From contig JBEKAY010000012.1 of the NCBI GenBank assembly GCA_050015675.1, positions 6,952 through 70,951 on the forward strand: a stretch of DNA of 64,000 nucleotides. The letters are read 5' to 3'. A program made the position numbers and the translations under genes. Each line of letters opens with the position of its first letter. The first letter of the stretch is position 1. Shown in pieces: positions 31,149 to 41,025 of this stretch. The stretch is from Bacteroidota bacterium (lineage in GTDB: Bacteria; Bacteroidota; Ignavibacteria; UBA10030). The notes under the pieces are model-generated. The model was not told where the DNA came from, ran no database searches, and worked only from the letters and a program-made list of their open reading frames with translations.

Positions 31149-31607
31149 ATGATTCGTGCTCTGTGCTGCGCGGTAACGTTTCTGCTTGTCAGTTGTGCTT
31201 CTACACCAAGATTTGCAGAACGAGGCGAGCAGCATTCCGGCGAGCACAGATCAACGACTCAAACTGAACGACCGATTCAGCAGAACTCTGGGAAAATTCT
31301 GCTGACAATCGAAGGAATCGCTTCTTACTATGCAAATGATTTTCATGGTAAGCAGACGTCGAACGGTGATATCTTTGATATGAATGCACTCACTGCTGCA
31401 CATCGAACATTTCCATTCGGAACAAAAGTACGTGTGACAAATTTAGAGAACAACAAAATCGTCGTTGTGCGCGTCAACGACCGCGGACCTTTTAAGGAAG
31501 GACGAATGATGGATTTGTCGATGGGCGCTGCAAAGGAAATAGATTTGATTCGTACTGGTACAGCGCGCGTGCGCTTGGAAGTGCTGGAATGGGGAAATGG
31601 ACAATAG
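31149..31607 (+). CDS. rlpA: Septal ring lytic transglycosylase RlpA family lipoprotein
   Basis: Lipobox LVSC; [27 protein letters not shown]. Confidence 0.92.
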   Translation: MIRALCCAVTFLLVSCASTPRFAERGEQHSGEHRSTTQTERPIQQNSGKILLTIEGIASYYANDFHGKQTSNGDIFDMNALTAAHRTFPFGTKVRVTNLENNKIVVVRVNDRGPFKEGRMMDLSMGAAKEIDLIRTGTARVRLEVLEWGNGQ

Positions 31608-31613
31608 AATACC

Positions 31614-32288
31614 GTGAAACGTCCTTTGATTACAGAACGAGATGTGGTTGATGCTGCGCAGCATGGAACAAACGTACTGATGATCCAATCAAATTCTATC
31701 ATCACTGCCGCCGCTAAAGACGAAGCACAGAAGCGAAACATCAAATTTTCTATTCAATCACAAAGTGCAAATATCTCACCGGCTTCTTATCAAAAAACAT
31801 TTTCCGAAACATCGTCTCAGATATCTCACGAAAATACAATGACGATTGCAATTGGTTCCGATCATGGTGGTTTCTCCATGAAGGAAGCTCTTAAAATTTA
31901 TCTCACGGAACAAGGAAATCGAATTATCGATGTAGGGACTGATTCCGAACAGCCGTGCGATTATCCTGATTTTGCCTATGCCGTGGCATCTCTGGTTTCT
32001 TCAAACAAAGCAGATCGCGGTATTATGATTGATAGTGTCGGTGTGGCATCGGCAATTGTAGCCAATAAAATACCCGGCATGCGTGCGGTTCCTTGTTACG
32101 ACGAGTTTGTGGCACGCAGCAGCCGCGAGCATAACAACGCCAATGTTCTTACACTTGGCAGCAAAGTTTTGGGAATTGAGATTGTGAAATCAATCGTCAA
32201 GCTTTGGCTCGATACTCCTTTTGCCGGTGGCAGGCACTTACGCAGAGTGAACAAAATCAGCGATGTTGAAAAGCGATTTCTGAAGTGA
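31614..32288 (+). CDS. rpiB: Ribose-5-phosphate isomerase B with an N-terminal extension
   Basis: IAIGSDHGG, DYPD, ANKIPG, SREHNNANVL, FAGGRH..R, plus about 75 extra N-terminal residues. Confidence 0.9.
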   Translation: MKRPLITERDVVDAAQHGTNVLMIQSNSIITAAAKDEAQKRNIKFSIQSQSANISPASYQKTFSETSSQISHENTMTIAIGSDHGGFSMKEALKIYLTEQGNRIIDVGTDSEQPCDYPDFAYAVASLVSSNKADRGIMIDSVGVASAIVANKIPGMRAVPCYDEFVARSSREHNNANVLTLGSKVLGIEIVKSIVKLWLDTPFAGGRHLRRVNKISDVEKRFLK

Positions 32289-32317
32289 TTCAGGTAAAAA
32301 ATGTTTCTTCAAACTCT

Positions 32318-32352
32318 AAAAGCCGCATAACTGTAAGTTAATGCGGTTTTTT
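32318..32352 (+). terminator. Intrinsic terminator after rpiB
   Basis: AAAAGCCGCATAAC...GTTAATGCGGTTTTTT. Confidence 0.7.
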
Positions 32353-32373
32353 CGTTTAATTAGGAGCAATGCA

Positions 32374-32592
32374 ATGAAGTTCAAAATCATAGTCAAGCCG
32401 AATGCAAGAAAGAACGAAGTTATACGAGCCGCCGATGGTACGCTCATCATTCGCGTTGCTGTGCCGCCAATTGAAGGGAAAGCGAACGAAAAAGTAATAG
32501 AAGTTTTATCCGAATATTTGAACAAACCTAAGCGATCCATTTCCATCGTTTCTGGTTTCAAAGGTAAGAACAAAATTATTGAAGTTGAATGA
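32374..32592 (+). CDS. DUF167 (YggU/UPF0235) protein
   Basis: VKPNARK, PPIEGKAN, IVSG..K.K; AGGAG RBS before 32374. Confidence 0.9.
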   Translation: MKFKIIVKPNARKNEVIRAADGTLIIRVAVPPIEGKANEKVIEVLSEYLNKPKRSISIVSGFKGKNKIIEVE

Positions 32593-32767
32593 TGAAGATC
32601 AAATTTGATATGGCGAAAAATGAGTAAAAAACGCATATCTATTTTTAAAGCTTCACACTTTCATTGATTCAAACAATAGAATTGGTTATATTTGATTTGC
32701 AATGGAACGCGAACGTGGATTTGAGCGTTTTATAAATAACTGATGTTAAACAACTTCGGAAGATTTA

Positions 32768-33529
32768 ATGACTATTGCTGAAAAGGGAAAAGGGCTGAAA
32801 TATTGCAGTCTTTTAGCAGTAATTTTTTTAATTTTAAGTTCGTTTATATTGTTCGGTTGTTCGCAGCAAGTGACGAGTGCGAAATTTGCTAAAAAGGCTG
32901 GAAGTTCCATTGAGGACATAACCGAAAGCACTATTCCTGAGCAGCCATCTCCGTTTGCATCAATGAATACGGCAGGTTTGAATCAATACATTCCGTTAGT
33001 AAAAAAATACTCAGAACAGTATAAAGTTGATTGGATATTGGTTCTCGCGGTTATGAAACAGGAATCAAGATTCGACGATGAAGCAGTGAGCTATAAAGGC
33101 GCATATGGTTTGATGCAACTTATGCCAATGACACAAATTGAAATTGCAGAAAAGATAGGCGTTGAAGAAGCATCCACACCGCGTAATAATATCAAAGCAG
33201 GTATCTATCATTTAAAATCGCTCTTTGCGATGTTTAAAAATATGCTGAGAGAAGATAGAATATGTCTAACTCTTGCCGCATATAATGCCGGACTTGGGCG
33301 GGTGCAGGATGCCCAGAAGATTGCCTCATATATGGGAAACGATCCCCAAAAATGGTCTTCCATCAGTGTGGCACTTCCATTTCTTTCGAAAAAGAACTAC
33401 ACTTTACATAGCCGTATTTGGAGTGCCGGTTGTCCGCCTAACGGATATTTACACAGTGCTCGGCAGACGGTTGAGTATGTTGAAAACATTATGAGTTGCT
33501 ATGATCGTTACAGCTTGGCATTGAAGTAA
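32768..33529 (+). CDS. Lytic transglycosylase (SLT domain, MltF-like) lipoprotein
   Basis: QESRFD, GAYGLMQLMP, LAAYNAGLG, YVENI; lipobox LFGC. Confidence 0.9.
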   Translation: MTIAEKGKGLKYCSLLAVIFLILSSFILFGCSQQVTSAKFAKKAGSSIEDITESTIPEQPSPFASMNTAGLNQYIPLVKKYSEQYKVDWILVLAVMKQESRFDDEAVSYKGAYGLMQLMPMTQIEIAEKIGVEEASTPRNNIKAGIYHLKSLFAMFKNMLREDRICLTLAAYNAGLGRVQDAQKIASYMGNDPQKWSSISVALPFLSKKNYTLHSRIWSAGCPPNGYLHSARQTVEYVENIMSCYDRYSLALK

Positions 33530-33605
33530 CATCACATATCAGCACAATTCTCCACTTTCCATTTGTGGTTCTTGTATAAACAAACATTTCTCTAAAACGT
33601 ACCGT

Positions 33606-34124
33606 TTGCTATGTATTTTCGTTTTTATCATTCTTTTCACAGTCCCGCTTCTTTCCCAACCGAAAAGAGGAATGTACGGTATTACAACGACCATCTCTCA
33701 AGGATTTGTGTCCTTATCAAATATCTCCACCAATAATGGTTCGCTGAATATTGGAATGGCGTATATGCCTTCCAACCGCATCGGTGTACGAAGTGATTTA
33801 GGATTTAGATCGCAGACAGATACAAGCGGAGTGAAGAACTCTGAATTCACTTTCACTGGAAACGTTTGATATTATCTCCATACTGCCGAAAATGTTTCTA
33901 CATTTCTTGGCGGAGCGTTGGGATTTGGCTCCGCAACGGATATCGCGGGCAAAGGGACCAGTCTTGTGAGTGTGAGCGGGTTCTTTGGAGCTGAGTACTG
34001 GTTTAGTCCTCATTTCTCATGGTTTGGTCATATTGGACTTGTTTCCGCTTCTTACAAAATTGCGGAGAAATCGGCTTCTGATGTCTTCACATCTGCCGCA
34101 ACAGGATTGACGTGGTATTTTTAA
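33606..34124 (+). pseudogene. Outer-membrane beta-barrel protein interrupted by an in-frame TGA (33867-33869)
   Basis: ORFs 33606..33869 and 33918..34124 share a frame. Read-through gives FTFTGNV*YYLHTAENVSTFLGGALGF...GAEYWF...GLTWYF. Confidence 0.75.
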
Positions 34125-34147
34125 TCTATTGCTTTTGAAGAAACTGC

Positions 34148-34176
34148 TTGACATTTAGGCGTTGTAGAGATATATT
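34148..34176 (+). promoter_or_regulatory. Sigma70-type promoter
   Basis: TTGACA-N17-TATATT upstream of 34257. Confidence 0.7.
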
Positions 34177-34256
34177 TTTCGTGGGTTTTGACTGACAATG
34201 TCACATGTGGGTGAACCACAAATCTCATTTCACTAATCTAAATAAGGAGCTATACA

Positions 34257-34802
34257 ATGAAACGCATTCTTCTCATTTCCATACTGTTGGTTATCGCAGT
34301 AAGCTTATCATTTAGCCAGATGGCATATAAAATGGGCGATCAGGTCGTAAATCTGGGAATTGGACTTGGCGGATTTGCCGGCGCATATGGTAGTAGTGGT
34401 GGTGTTGCAATTACCGGCGGATATGAATATGGAGTTACCGAAAACATCTCATTAGGTGGTGTGGTTGGTTATTCGTCGTCAACAGACACATACTGGGGTG
34501 ATTATGGTTGGAAATATACCTATATCTTAATCGGTGTACGCGGTGCATATCATGCCGATTTATTTCATAATCCCAAAATTGATACCTATGGTGGATTATT
34601 GCTTGGCTATAATATAGTTTCAAACTCTGTTACAGGTACAGTCCCTTATTATGGATACATCGGTTCATCTGCCTCAGCCAGCTATTTGGAGTATGGCCTA
34701 TTTGTCGGCGGGCGTTACTACTTTGATCCGCATTGGGCAGTTCAAGCGGAATTGGGATATGGTCTTGGCATCTTGAATATTGGTATTGCTTACAAATTAT
34801 AA
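34257..34802 (+). CDS. Small outer-membrane beta-barrel protein
   Basis: Signal peptide, alternating beta-strands, GGRYYF, C-terminal GIAYKL; AAGGAG RBS. Confidence 0.85.
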   Translation: MKRILLISILLVIAVSLSFSQMAYKMGDQVVNLGIGLGGFAGAYGSSGGVAITGGYEYGVTENISLGGVVGYSSSTDTYWGDYGWKYTYILIGVRGAYHADLFHNPKIDTYGGLLLGYNIVSNSVTGTVPYYGYIGSSASASYLEYGLFVGGRYYFDPHWAVQAELGYGLGILNIGIAYKL

Positions 34803-34832
34803 TTTTTGCTCACTGCTTAACATGCGAAAGTG

Positions 34833-34869
34833 AAGGGAGAAAATCCAAAAAGGGTTTTCTCCTTTTTTT
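34833..34869 (+). terminator. Intrinsic terminator
   Basis: AAGGGAGAAAATCC...GGGTTTTCTCCTT plus T run. Confidence 0.8.
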
Positions 34870-35019
34870 ATGTACCGTAATTACATCACTTTAATTAGGA
34901 AGTAATATCCGAGAGCTTCTTTAAGATGGATGTTGGTGAATACACATAGCGTATTTTAAAATGAAAATAGATCTCTTTCTAAGTTTCTTAAAATTCTCAG
35001 TGCTTAATTAAAAAATATC

Positions 35020-35048
35020 TTGACATTAGAGGTATGTAATTTTATATT
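35020..35048 (+). promoter_or_regulatory. Sigma70-type promoter
   Basis: TTGACA-N17-TATATT upstream of 35133. Confidence 0.7.
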
Positions 35049-35132
35049 TTTCTAAGTTTTTGGAAAATAACCAACCGTGGGATAACCACTTTTTTCTTCA
35101 CTAACAAAACACAATTATACAAGGAGCTATAT

Positions 35133-35819
35133 ATGAAAAAGCTTTTCACAGTTCTGGTTGCAATCGCTTTAATTGCCTCGTTAGCCTTTGCTGGTGATGA
35201 TATTACACCTTCAGCAAAATCTGGAGCAACATCATTAAACTTCACATTCGGCGGCCTTGGTGCATTTAATCTTGGTGAGGCTGGTCCATCAGTTCCTCAA
35301 CCTGTTGCCATCCCTGCAGGAATCAGTATTTCATATTTCCTGAACAATAATAACGCTGTTCGAGTTGGATTGCAAATCCAATATGGAAGCGAAACAGATC
35401 CATATCAAGGAACAGGCAGTGGAACGGATGGAAACAGATCGGAATTTGGACTTGGTATTAGTGGTGACTACCTGATGTATATTGCATCCTCCAGTCGTGT
35501 TCGTCCTTATTTAGGAGGTGGTTTCCTTCTCACATATTCATCTAATGATGTAAAATATGCGGCGGGTCCCGGCGCTACACAACAAGAAATTCAAAATTCA
35601 CAGCCAGCAGGGGTAGGCTTTCAATTACGGGGTCTCGCTGGAGCGGAGTTTTTCATTTACAATGAAATGAGCATATCCGCTGAATATCAAATGAATCTTT
35701 TTGGCATTGAATCATTTTCTGATACAAAGAACACCCCAGGATCAACAACAAAGAATGGTAGTCAAATGCAGATACTTGGTTTTCAAGCTTTAGCTGCGAC
35801 AGTACATATTTATTTCTAA
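35133..35819 (+). CDS. Outer-membrane beta-barrel protein
   Basis: Signal peptide, VRPYLGGG, GAEFF, SISAEY, C-terminal HIYF. Confidence 0.85.
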   Translation: MKKLFTVLVAIALIASLAFAGDDITPSAKSGATSLNFTFGGLGAFNLGEAGPSVPQPVAIPAGISISYFLNNNNAVRVGLQIQYGSETDPYQGTGSGTDGNRSEFGLGISGDYLMYIASSSRVRPYLGGGFLLTYSSNDVKYAAGPGATQQEIQNSQPAGVGFQLRGLAGAEFFIYNEMSISAEYQMNLFGIESFSDTKNTPGSTTKNGSQMQILGFQALAATVHIYF

Positions 35820-35838
35820 ACCAAGCAGATCATAGTCT

Positions 35839-35872
35839 AAAGGCGTTTCAAGAATATTGGAACGCCTTTTTT
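35839..35872 (+). terminator. Intrinsic terminator
   Basis: AAAGGCGTTTCAA...TTGGAACGCCTTT plus T run. Confidence 0.8.
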
Positions 35873-36023
35873 ATGTGGGTGGGACTATTATAAGTTCAAT
35901 TTTGCTGCTTAATAGTATAGACTACATCACAAGTGGTGTTACCTATAATCTATTCTTTAATAGATTTCGGGGATATATTTACATTTTGGAAGCCCGCCAA
36001 TTATTTTGTATCTTATATGCACT

Positions 36024-37520
36024 ATGAAGGAATTTGCTCTCGTAGAAGGAAAGCCGCGCTGTCATTGCGGTGTCTTTGGTGTCTTTGGTCATCCTGAAGC
36101 GTCTGTCTTTTGCTACTATGGTTTGCATGCTCTCCAGCATCGTGGACAGGAAGCAGCCGGTATCATTTCAAGTGAATGGCTTGTTGATAAGAAAAAGTGG
36201 CGCTTCAATATCCAAAAAGGCGTCGGGCTTGTTGCAGATGTTTTCAAAGATGAAGACATCCTTCGCAATGGCCTCAAAGGCAATGCTGCCATCGGACACA
36301 ACAGGTACTCCACAACAGGTTCTTCGGATAACAAATCTAACATTCAACCCTTTGTAGTGAACTACAAAACCGGCAATCTTGCGCTCGGTCATAATGGGAA
36401 CCTGACTAATTACCGAGCACTCCGCCATCAGCTTCAAGAAGATGGAACGATTTTCCAATCAACTTCCGACAGCGAAATCATTTTGCATCTCATCGCTCAC
36501 AGCAAGCAGAAAGAGCAAATTCTCCAAATTAAAGAAGCTCTGGATGCTGTGGAAGGCGCTTATTCACTTGTCATTCTGACGGACGATAGTTTGATTGCTG
36601 CACGCGACCCCCACGGATTTCGACCTCTGGCACTTGGCAAAGTGGATGGAGCATACGTTGTTGCCTCAGAGACTTGCGCTTTCGATATAAATGGTGCGGA
36701 ATACATCCGCGATATTGCACCTGGTGAAATTGTGGTGATCAACAAAGATGTAATTGCGACGGGAAATGTAAAGTCGTACTGGGTTTCTAAAAAATCTTTA
36801 CAACCGCATCATTGTATCTTTGAATATATCTATTTTGCGCGCCCGGATAGCAAAGTCTTCGGTGTCAATGTCGATAAAGTACGTCGCAAGTTGGGAAAAC
36901 TTCTTGCCGGCGAAAATCCGGTTGCACCAGAATCGCCCGATGATAAAGTAATTGTCATCAGCGTTCCTGATTCCAGCAACACCTGCACTCTTGGATATGT
37001 TACCGAAAGTAATAAACAAGGATTGAAGGTAAAACTCGAACTTGGTCTTATCCGCAACCACTACATTGGGCGGACATTTATACAGCCGCAACAGAATCAT
37101 CGCGAGTTGAAAGTGAAGGTGAAATTCAACACAGTGAAGGGAGTGTTGAAGGGCAAGAAAGTTGTCATTGTTGATGATTCAATTGTTCGAGGGACTACAT
37201 CAAAATTATTGGTGAAAATGATTCGAGAAGCGGAACCAAAAGAAGTGCATTTTCGCATTTCCAGTCCTCCCATCAAATTTCCATGTCATTACGGAATGGA
37301 TTTTCCAAGCCGCGAGGAATTGATCGCAAACAGATTAAACGGCGATATTGAGGCCATCCGTCAGGAATTAGGCGTTGACAGTCTTTCCTATCTGCCAATG
37401 GAAAAACTTCTTGCATCTGCCCCGACAGATGATGGTAAACATTATTGCACCGCCTGTTTCAGCGGCAACTATCCGGTACCCATCGACCCGGAAGCGGCAA
37501 AGAACGAAAACGATCAGTAA
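36024..37520 (+). CDS. purF: Amidophosphoribosyltransferase
   Basis: Propeptide then CGVFG, LQHRGQE, GHNRYST, CIFEYIYFARPDS, VDDSIVRGTT, CTACF. Confidence 0.97.
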   Translation: MKEFALVEGKPRCHCGVFGVFGHPEASVFCYYGLHALQHRGQEAAGIISSEWLVDKKKWRFNIQKGVGLVADVFKDEDILRNGLKGNAAIGHNRYSTTGSSDNKSNIQPFVVNYKTGNLALGHNGNLTNYRALRHQLQEDGTIFQSTSDSEIILHLIAHSKQKEQILQIKEALDAVEGAYSLVILTDDSLIAARDPHGFRPLALGKVDGAYVVASETCAFDINGAEYIRDIAPGEIVVINKDVIATGNVKSYWVSKKSLQPHHCIFEYIYFARPDSKVFGVNVDKVRRKLGKLLAGENPVAPESPDDKVIVISVPDSSNTCTLGYVTESNKQGLKVKLELGLIRNHYIGRTFIQPQQNHRELKVKVKFNTVKGVLKGKKVVIVDDSIVRGTTSKLLVKMIREAEPKEVHFRISSPPIKFPCHYGMDFPSREELIANRLNGDIEAIRQELGVDSLSYLPMEKLLASAPTDDGKHYCTACFSGNYPVPIDPEAAKNENDQ

Positions 37521-38071
37521 TGCATCGCTATCTCACAATTTCTAATCTTCTCAGTGTAAGCCGTATCTTTTTGGTGATTCCAATGGGATATTGCCTTGTC
37601 TTGGAATTTCCATATCATCGTTTGTGGACTGCAGGAATTATTGTAATCGCAGTTGTGACAGATTTACTTGACGGATTCCTTGCAAGAAAATTGCATCAAG
37701 TAACAGACCTCGGTAAAATTCTCGATCCGCTTGCAGATAAAATTGGAATCGGTATCTATGCGGTGTTGATTGCATGGGCAGGCGATGTACCTGTATGGTT
37801 TGTGATTTTTGTTCTTTTGCGAGACCTTCTTATATTTAGCGGTGGATTATACATACAACGGGCAAAAAAAATTATACCTCAATCCAATTGGCCTGGTAAA
37901 ATTGCCGTTACACTTGTTGCTTTGGTTCTTTTCTTGGGTACAATTCAAGTGGACGCACTACATCACCTTTTCATTTATACAATTTGGGTAAGCGTTGTTA
38001 TGATGTTGTGGTCGATGGTGAGCTATGCGCAGAGGTTGTTCATTGGCCGGAATATTGAAACGGTGAAGTAA
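37520..38071 (+). CDS. CDP-alcohol phosphatidyltransferase (PgsA-like)
   Basis: TDLLDGFLAR...TDLGKILDPLADK; ATG overlaps the purF stop. Confidence 0.92.
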   Translation: MHRYLTISNLLSVSRIFLVIPMGYCLVLEFPYHRLWTAGIIVIAVVTDLLDGFLARKLHQVTDLGKILDPLADKIGIGIYAVLIAWAGDVPVWFVIFVLLRDLLIFSGGLYIQRAKKIIPQSNWPGKIAVTLVALVLFLGTIQVDALHHLFIYTIWVSVVMMLWSMVSYAQRLFIGRNIETVK

Positions 38072-38073
38072 CA

Positions 38074-39033
38074 ATGGGAATTTTTGACACACTTTCAAAA
38101 TTTAAATCCGGACTCGCTAAAACGCGGGATTCGATCATCAGCAAGGTGCAGCAGCTTGCTGCAACGAAAAGCACGATCGATGACGAAATGCTAAATCAAT
38201 TAGAAGATATTTTGATTGCAGGTGATGTTGGTGTGCAGACAACGAATGTCATCTTATTTCACCTGAAACGTCGTGTAAAAGAAGATAAGTACGAATCCAC
38301 ATCCCAACTTATTTCTTTATTGAAAGAAGAAGTCGAAACGATTCTACACGTCGACGACGGAAAAGAATCATCCTTGAAAATTCTACCTGCATCGGCTAAG
38401 CCTTTCGTGGTGATGGTTGTTGGAGTGAATGGAGTAGGTAAAACGACGACGATCGGCAAGATGGCATATCAATACCGTCAAGCAGGTCAAAAGGTTGTCA
38501 TCGGAGCGGCGGATACTTTTCGTGCGGCGGCGAATGAGCAACTCGAAATTTGGGCACAACGCGCTGGTGTAGATATTATACAGCAATCGCATGGTGCAGA
38601 TCCGGCATCCGTGGCGTTTGATACAATCAATTCCGCTCTTTCGAAGCAAGCCGATGTGGTTATTATCGATACTGCTGGGCGTTTGCATACAAAAACAAAT
38701 TTAATGGAAGAGTTGAAAAAGATTAAGCGGGTGATGGCAAAACGTCTGCCCGGAGCTCCGCACGAAGTATTGCTTGTGCTCGATGCCACAACAGGACAAA
38801 ACGGCCTGCAACAAGTGAAACACTTTACCGAAGCTGTTGAAGTAACGGGACTTGTTTTAACAAAACTTGATGGCACGGCAAAAGGTGGAATTGTCCTTGC
38901 TATCAGCAATGAGATGAAGATGCCGGTAAAGTTTATTGGCGTTGGCGAAAAGATTGACGACCTTCAAATTTTTGATCGTCGTGCATTTGTCGATGCTTTG
39001 TTTGAAGGAAACAAGACCGATGATAAGAAGTAG
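38074..39033 (+). CDS. ftsY: SRP receptor FtsY
   Basis: GVNGVGKTTT, DTFRAAA, DTAGR, TKLDGTAKGG. Confidence 0.98.
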   Translation: MGIFDTLSKFKSGLAKTRDSIISKVQQLAATKSTIDDEMLNQLEDILIAGDVGVQTTNVILFHLKRRVKEDKYESTSQLISLLKEEVETILHVDDGKESSLKILPASAKPFVVMVVGVNGVGKTTTIGKMAYQYRQAGQKVVIGAADTFRAAANEQLEIWAQRAGVDIIQQSHGADPASVAFDTINSALSKQADVVIIDTAGRLHTKTNLMEELKKIKRVMAKRLPGAPHEVLLVLDATTGQNGLQQVKHFTEAVEVTGLVLTKLDGTAKGGIVLAISNEMKMPVKFIGVGEKIDDLQIFDRRAFVDALFEGNKTDDKK

Positions 39034-39096
39034 AAGGAATTAAGTAGTAAGCAGAAATTGTAGTTACATTTTTTGGTTTTTATTCATCATCTAAAA

Positions 39097-40965
39097 ATGT
39101 CTTTTAAAATTCACATATTATCACCTGAGTTATCCAACAAAATTGCTGCCGGTGAAGTAGTGCAGCGTCCTGCAGCTGTCGTTAAAGAGTTGATTGAGAA
39201 CTCACTTGATGCTAAAGCAACGCGCATCAGCATTATCGTCAAAGATGCAGGCAAAGCGTTTATTCAGGTAGTGGACGACGGCGAGGGAATGTCCGAACAA
39301 GATGCATCGCTCGCGTTCCGAAGACATGCCACGAGCAAGATTCATTCGGCAAGCGATCTGGAAGAAATCCGGACGCTTGGATTCCGTGGTGAAGCGCTTG
39401 CATCTATAGCGGCAGTTGCACAAGTGGAATTAAAAACTCGAACAGATTCTGATGACCTCGCAACGCACATCCGGATTGAAGGCAGCGAGACTAAAGAGAA
39501 ATCTAAGTCAGCGCTGGAGCGTGGGACAAATATTACGGTTCGTAATTTATTCTACAATACTCCGGCGCGGCGCAACTTTCTAAAAACCCGCCACACCGAA
39601 CTGAAGAACATAACCGACGTGATTGTGCGGATGGCGCTTGCATATCCTGAAGTTGAATGGTTTTATAGAAGTGACGATGAGATCATGCTCGATTTGAAAT
39701 CGCAAACTGTTGAAAGACGGGTTGCGGAAGTTTTTGGTAAGTCACAATTTGGTTCAATGTTCAAATTTGACGATGCCAACGATTTGATGACGGTAAATGG
39801 ATTTCTCGGCAAACCGAACTTTGCGCGCAAAAGCCGCGTGGAACAATTTGTCTTTCTGAACCGACGATTCATTTTTAGCAGAATGATTAACCATGCGGTT
39901 TTTCAGGCGTATGAACATTTGTTGGAAAAAGGATCATTTCCTTTCTTTATTCTAAATTGTACGATTGATCCGAAAAAAATTGATGTCAATGTCCATCCAT
40001 CCAAGATGGAAGTGAAATTTGAAAACGAATCGAATGTTTATCGCATTATCCTATCTATTGTACGGAAGGCGCTCGCGGCAAATGATTTGATTCCATCGAT
40101 GTCGTTCCGTGACGGAAATGCGGTCTCACCGCTTGATGCCAAGTTCCGATTTAGTGAACAAGCGTGGAAACAGGGAACTATTGATCAAACAGGTGCACCG
40201 GTGTTCCCACTCCGCCCCGACATTCGGTCTGGTGAGCAATCGATGCCGACAACACCTAATATTATCGGTCTTGATGATATTCGATCTTCTGAATCAAGTT
40301 CGGAATCTCCGCTGCCGTTTGATGCGTCTGCCTCTTCATCGTCGCTCAATCGCATCCTTGCGCAAAGATCGGCGCTGGATCAATCGCAAATGCCGGAGAG
40401 CAAACCGATTTGGCAGGCGCACAATAAATATATCATTTCACAAATTCACAACGGTTTGATGATTATTGATCAACACGCAGCGCACGAACGTATTCTCTAC
40501 GAACGCGTGATGGCGAATTTCGAGAACACTCTACCATCGTCGCAGCAGCTTCTATTTCCAGAAACCATTGATCTGGGGGCAAGTGATTATTCGTTAGTAA
40601 AAGAATTACTTCCGGATCTTGTGCGTCTTGGGTTCGACATGCGGCTGTTCGGTAAAAACACGGTCGTAATAGATGGCATTCCAGCAGATGTTCGCATTGG
40701 AAAGGAAAAAAAAATCCTGCAGGAAGTGCTGGATGAATTCAAAAACAACGAGCATGCCGGTGTGAAAGATGTACGCGACAATCTGGCGAAATCTTTTGCA
40801 TGCAAGGCGGCGATTAAAGCAGGGGATAGATTGAATGTGACAGAGATGGTTGTGCTGATCGAACAATTGTTCCTTGCAAAAATGCCGTACGTATGTCCGC
40901 ATGGCAGGCCGGTGATCGTGAAAATTCCGTTAGAAGAACTCGACAAACGGTTTGGAAGAACATAA
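39097..40965 (+). CDS. mutL: DNA mismatch repair endonuclease MutL
   Basis: IAAGEVVQRP, HATSKI, GFRGEAL, DQHAAHER, ACKAA, CPHGRP. Confidence 0.98.
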   Translation: MSFKIHILSPELSNKIAAGEVVQRPAAVVKELIENSLDAKATRISIIVKDAGKAFIQVVDDGEGMSEQDASLAFRRHATSKIHSASDLEEIRTLGFRGEALASIAAVAQVELKTRTDSDDLATHIRIEGSETKEKSKSALERGTNITVRNLFYNTPARRNFLKTRHTELKNITDVIVRMALAYPEVEWFYRSDDEIMLDLKSQTVERRVAEVFGKSQFGSMFKFDDANDLMTVNGFLGKPNFARKSRVEQFVFLNRRFIFSRMINHAVFQAYEHLLEKGSFPFFILNCTIDPKKIDVNVHPSKMEVKFENESNVYRIILSIVRKALAANDLIPSMSFRDGNAVSPLDAKFRFSEQAWKQGTIDQTGAPVFPLRPDIRSGEQSMPTTPNIIGLDDIRSSESSSESPLPFDASASSSSLNRILAQRSALDQSQMPESKPIWQAHNKYIISQIHNGLMIIDQHAAHERILYERVMANFENTLPSSQQLLFPETIDLGASDYSLVKELLPDLVRLGFDMRLFGKNTVVIDGIPADVRIGKEKKILQEVLDEFKNNEHAGVKDVRDNLAKSFACKAAIKAGDRLNVTEMVVLIEQLFLAKMPYVCPHGRPVIVKIPLEELDKRFGRT

Positions 40966-41025
40966 GAGATATATTCTTCGCGATGAACGTGAATCACCTT
41001 TCAATAGACTAAGGAGAGAGGTGCA

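Noticed and set aside
33867-33869. Selenocysteine or genetic-code reassignment at the in-frame TGA
   Set aside because: The context is a beta-barrel strand, not a redox motif. No convincing SECIS hairpin was seen, and TGA terminates many genes in the window.
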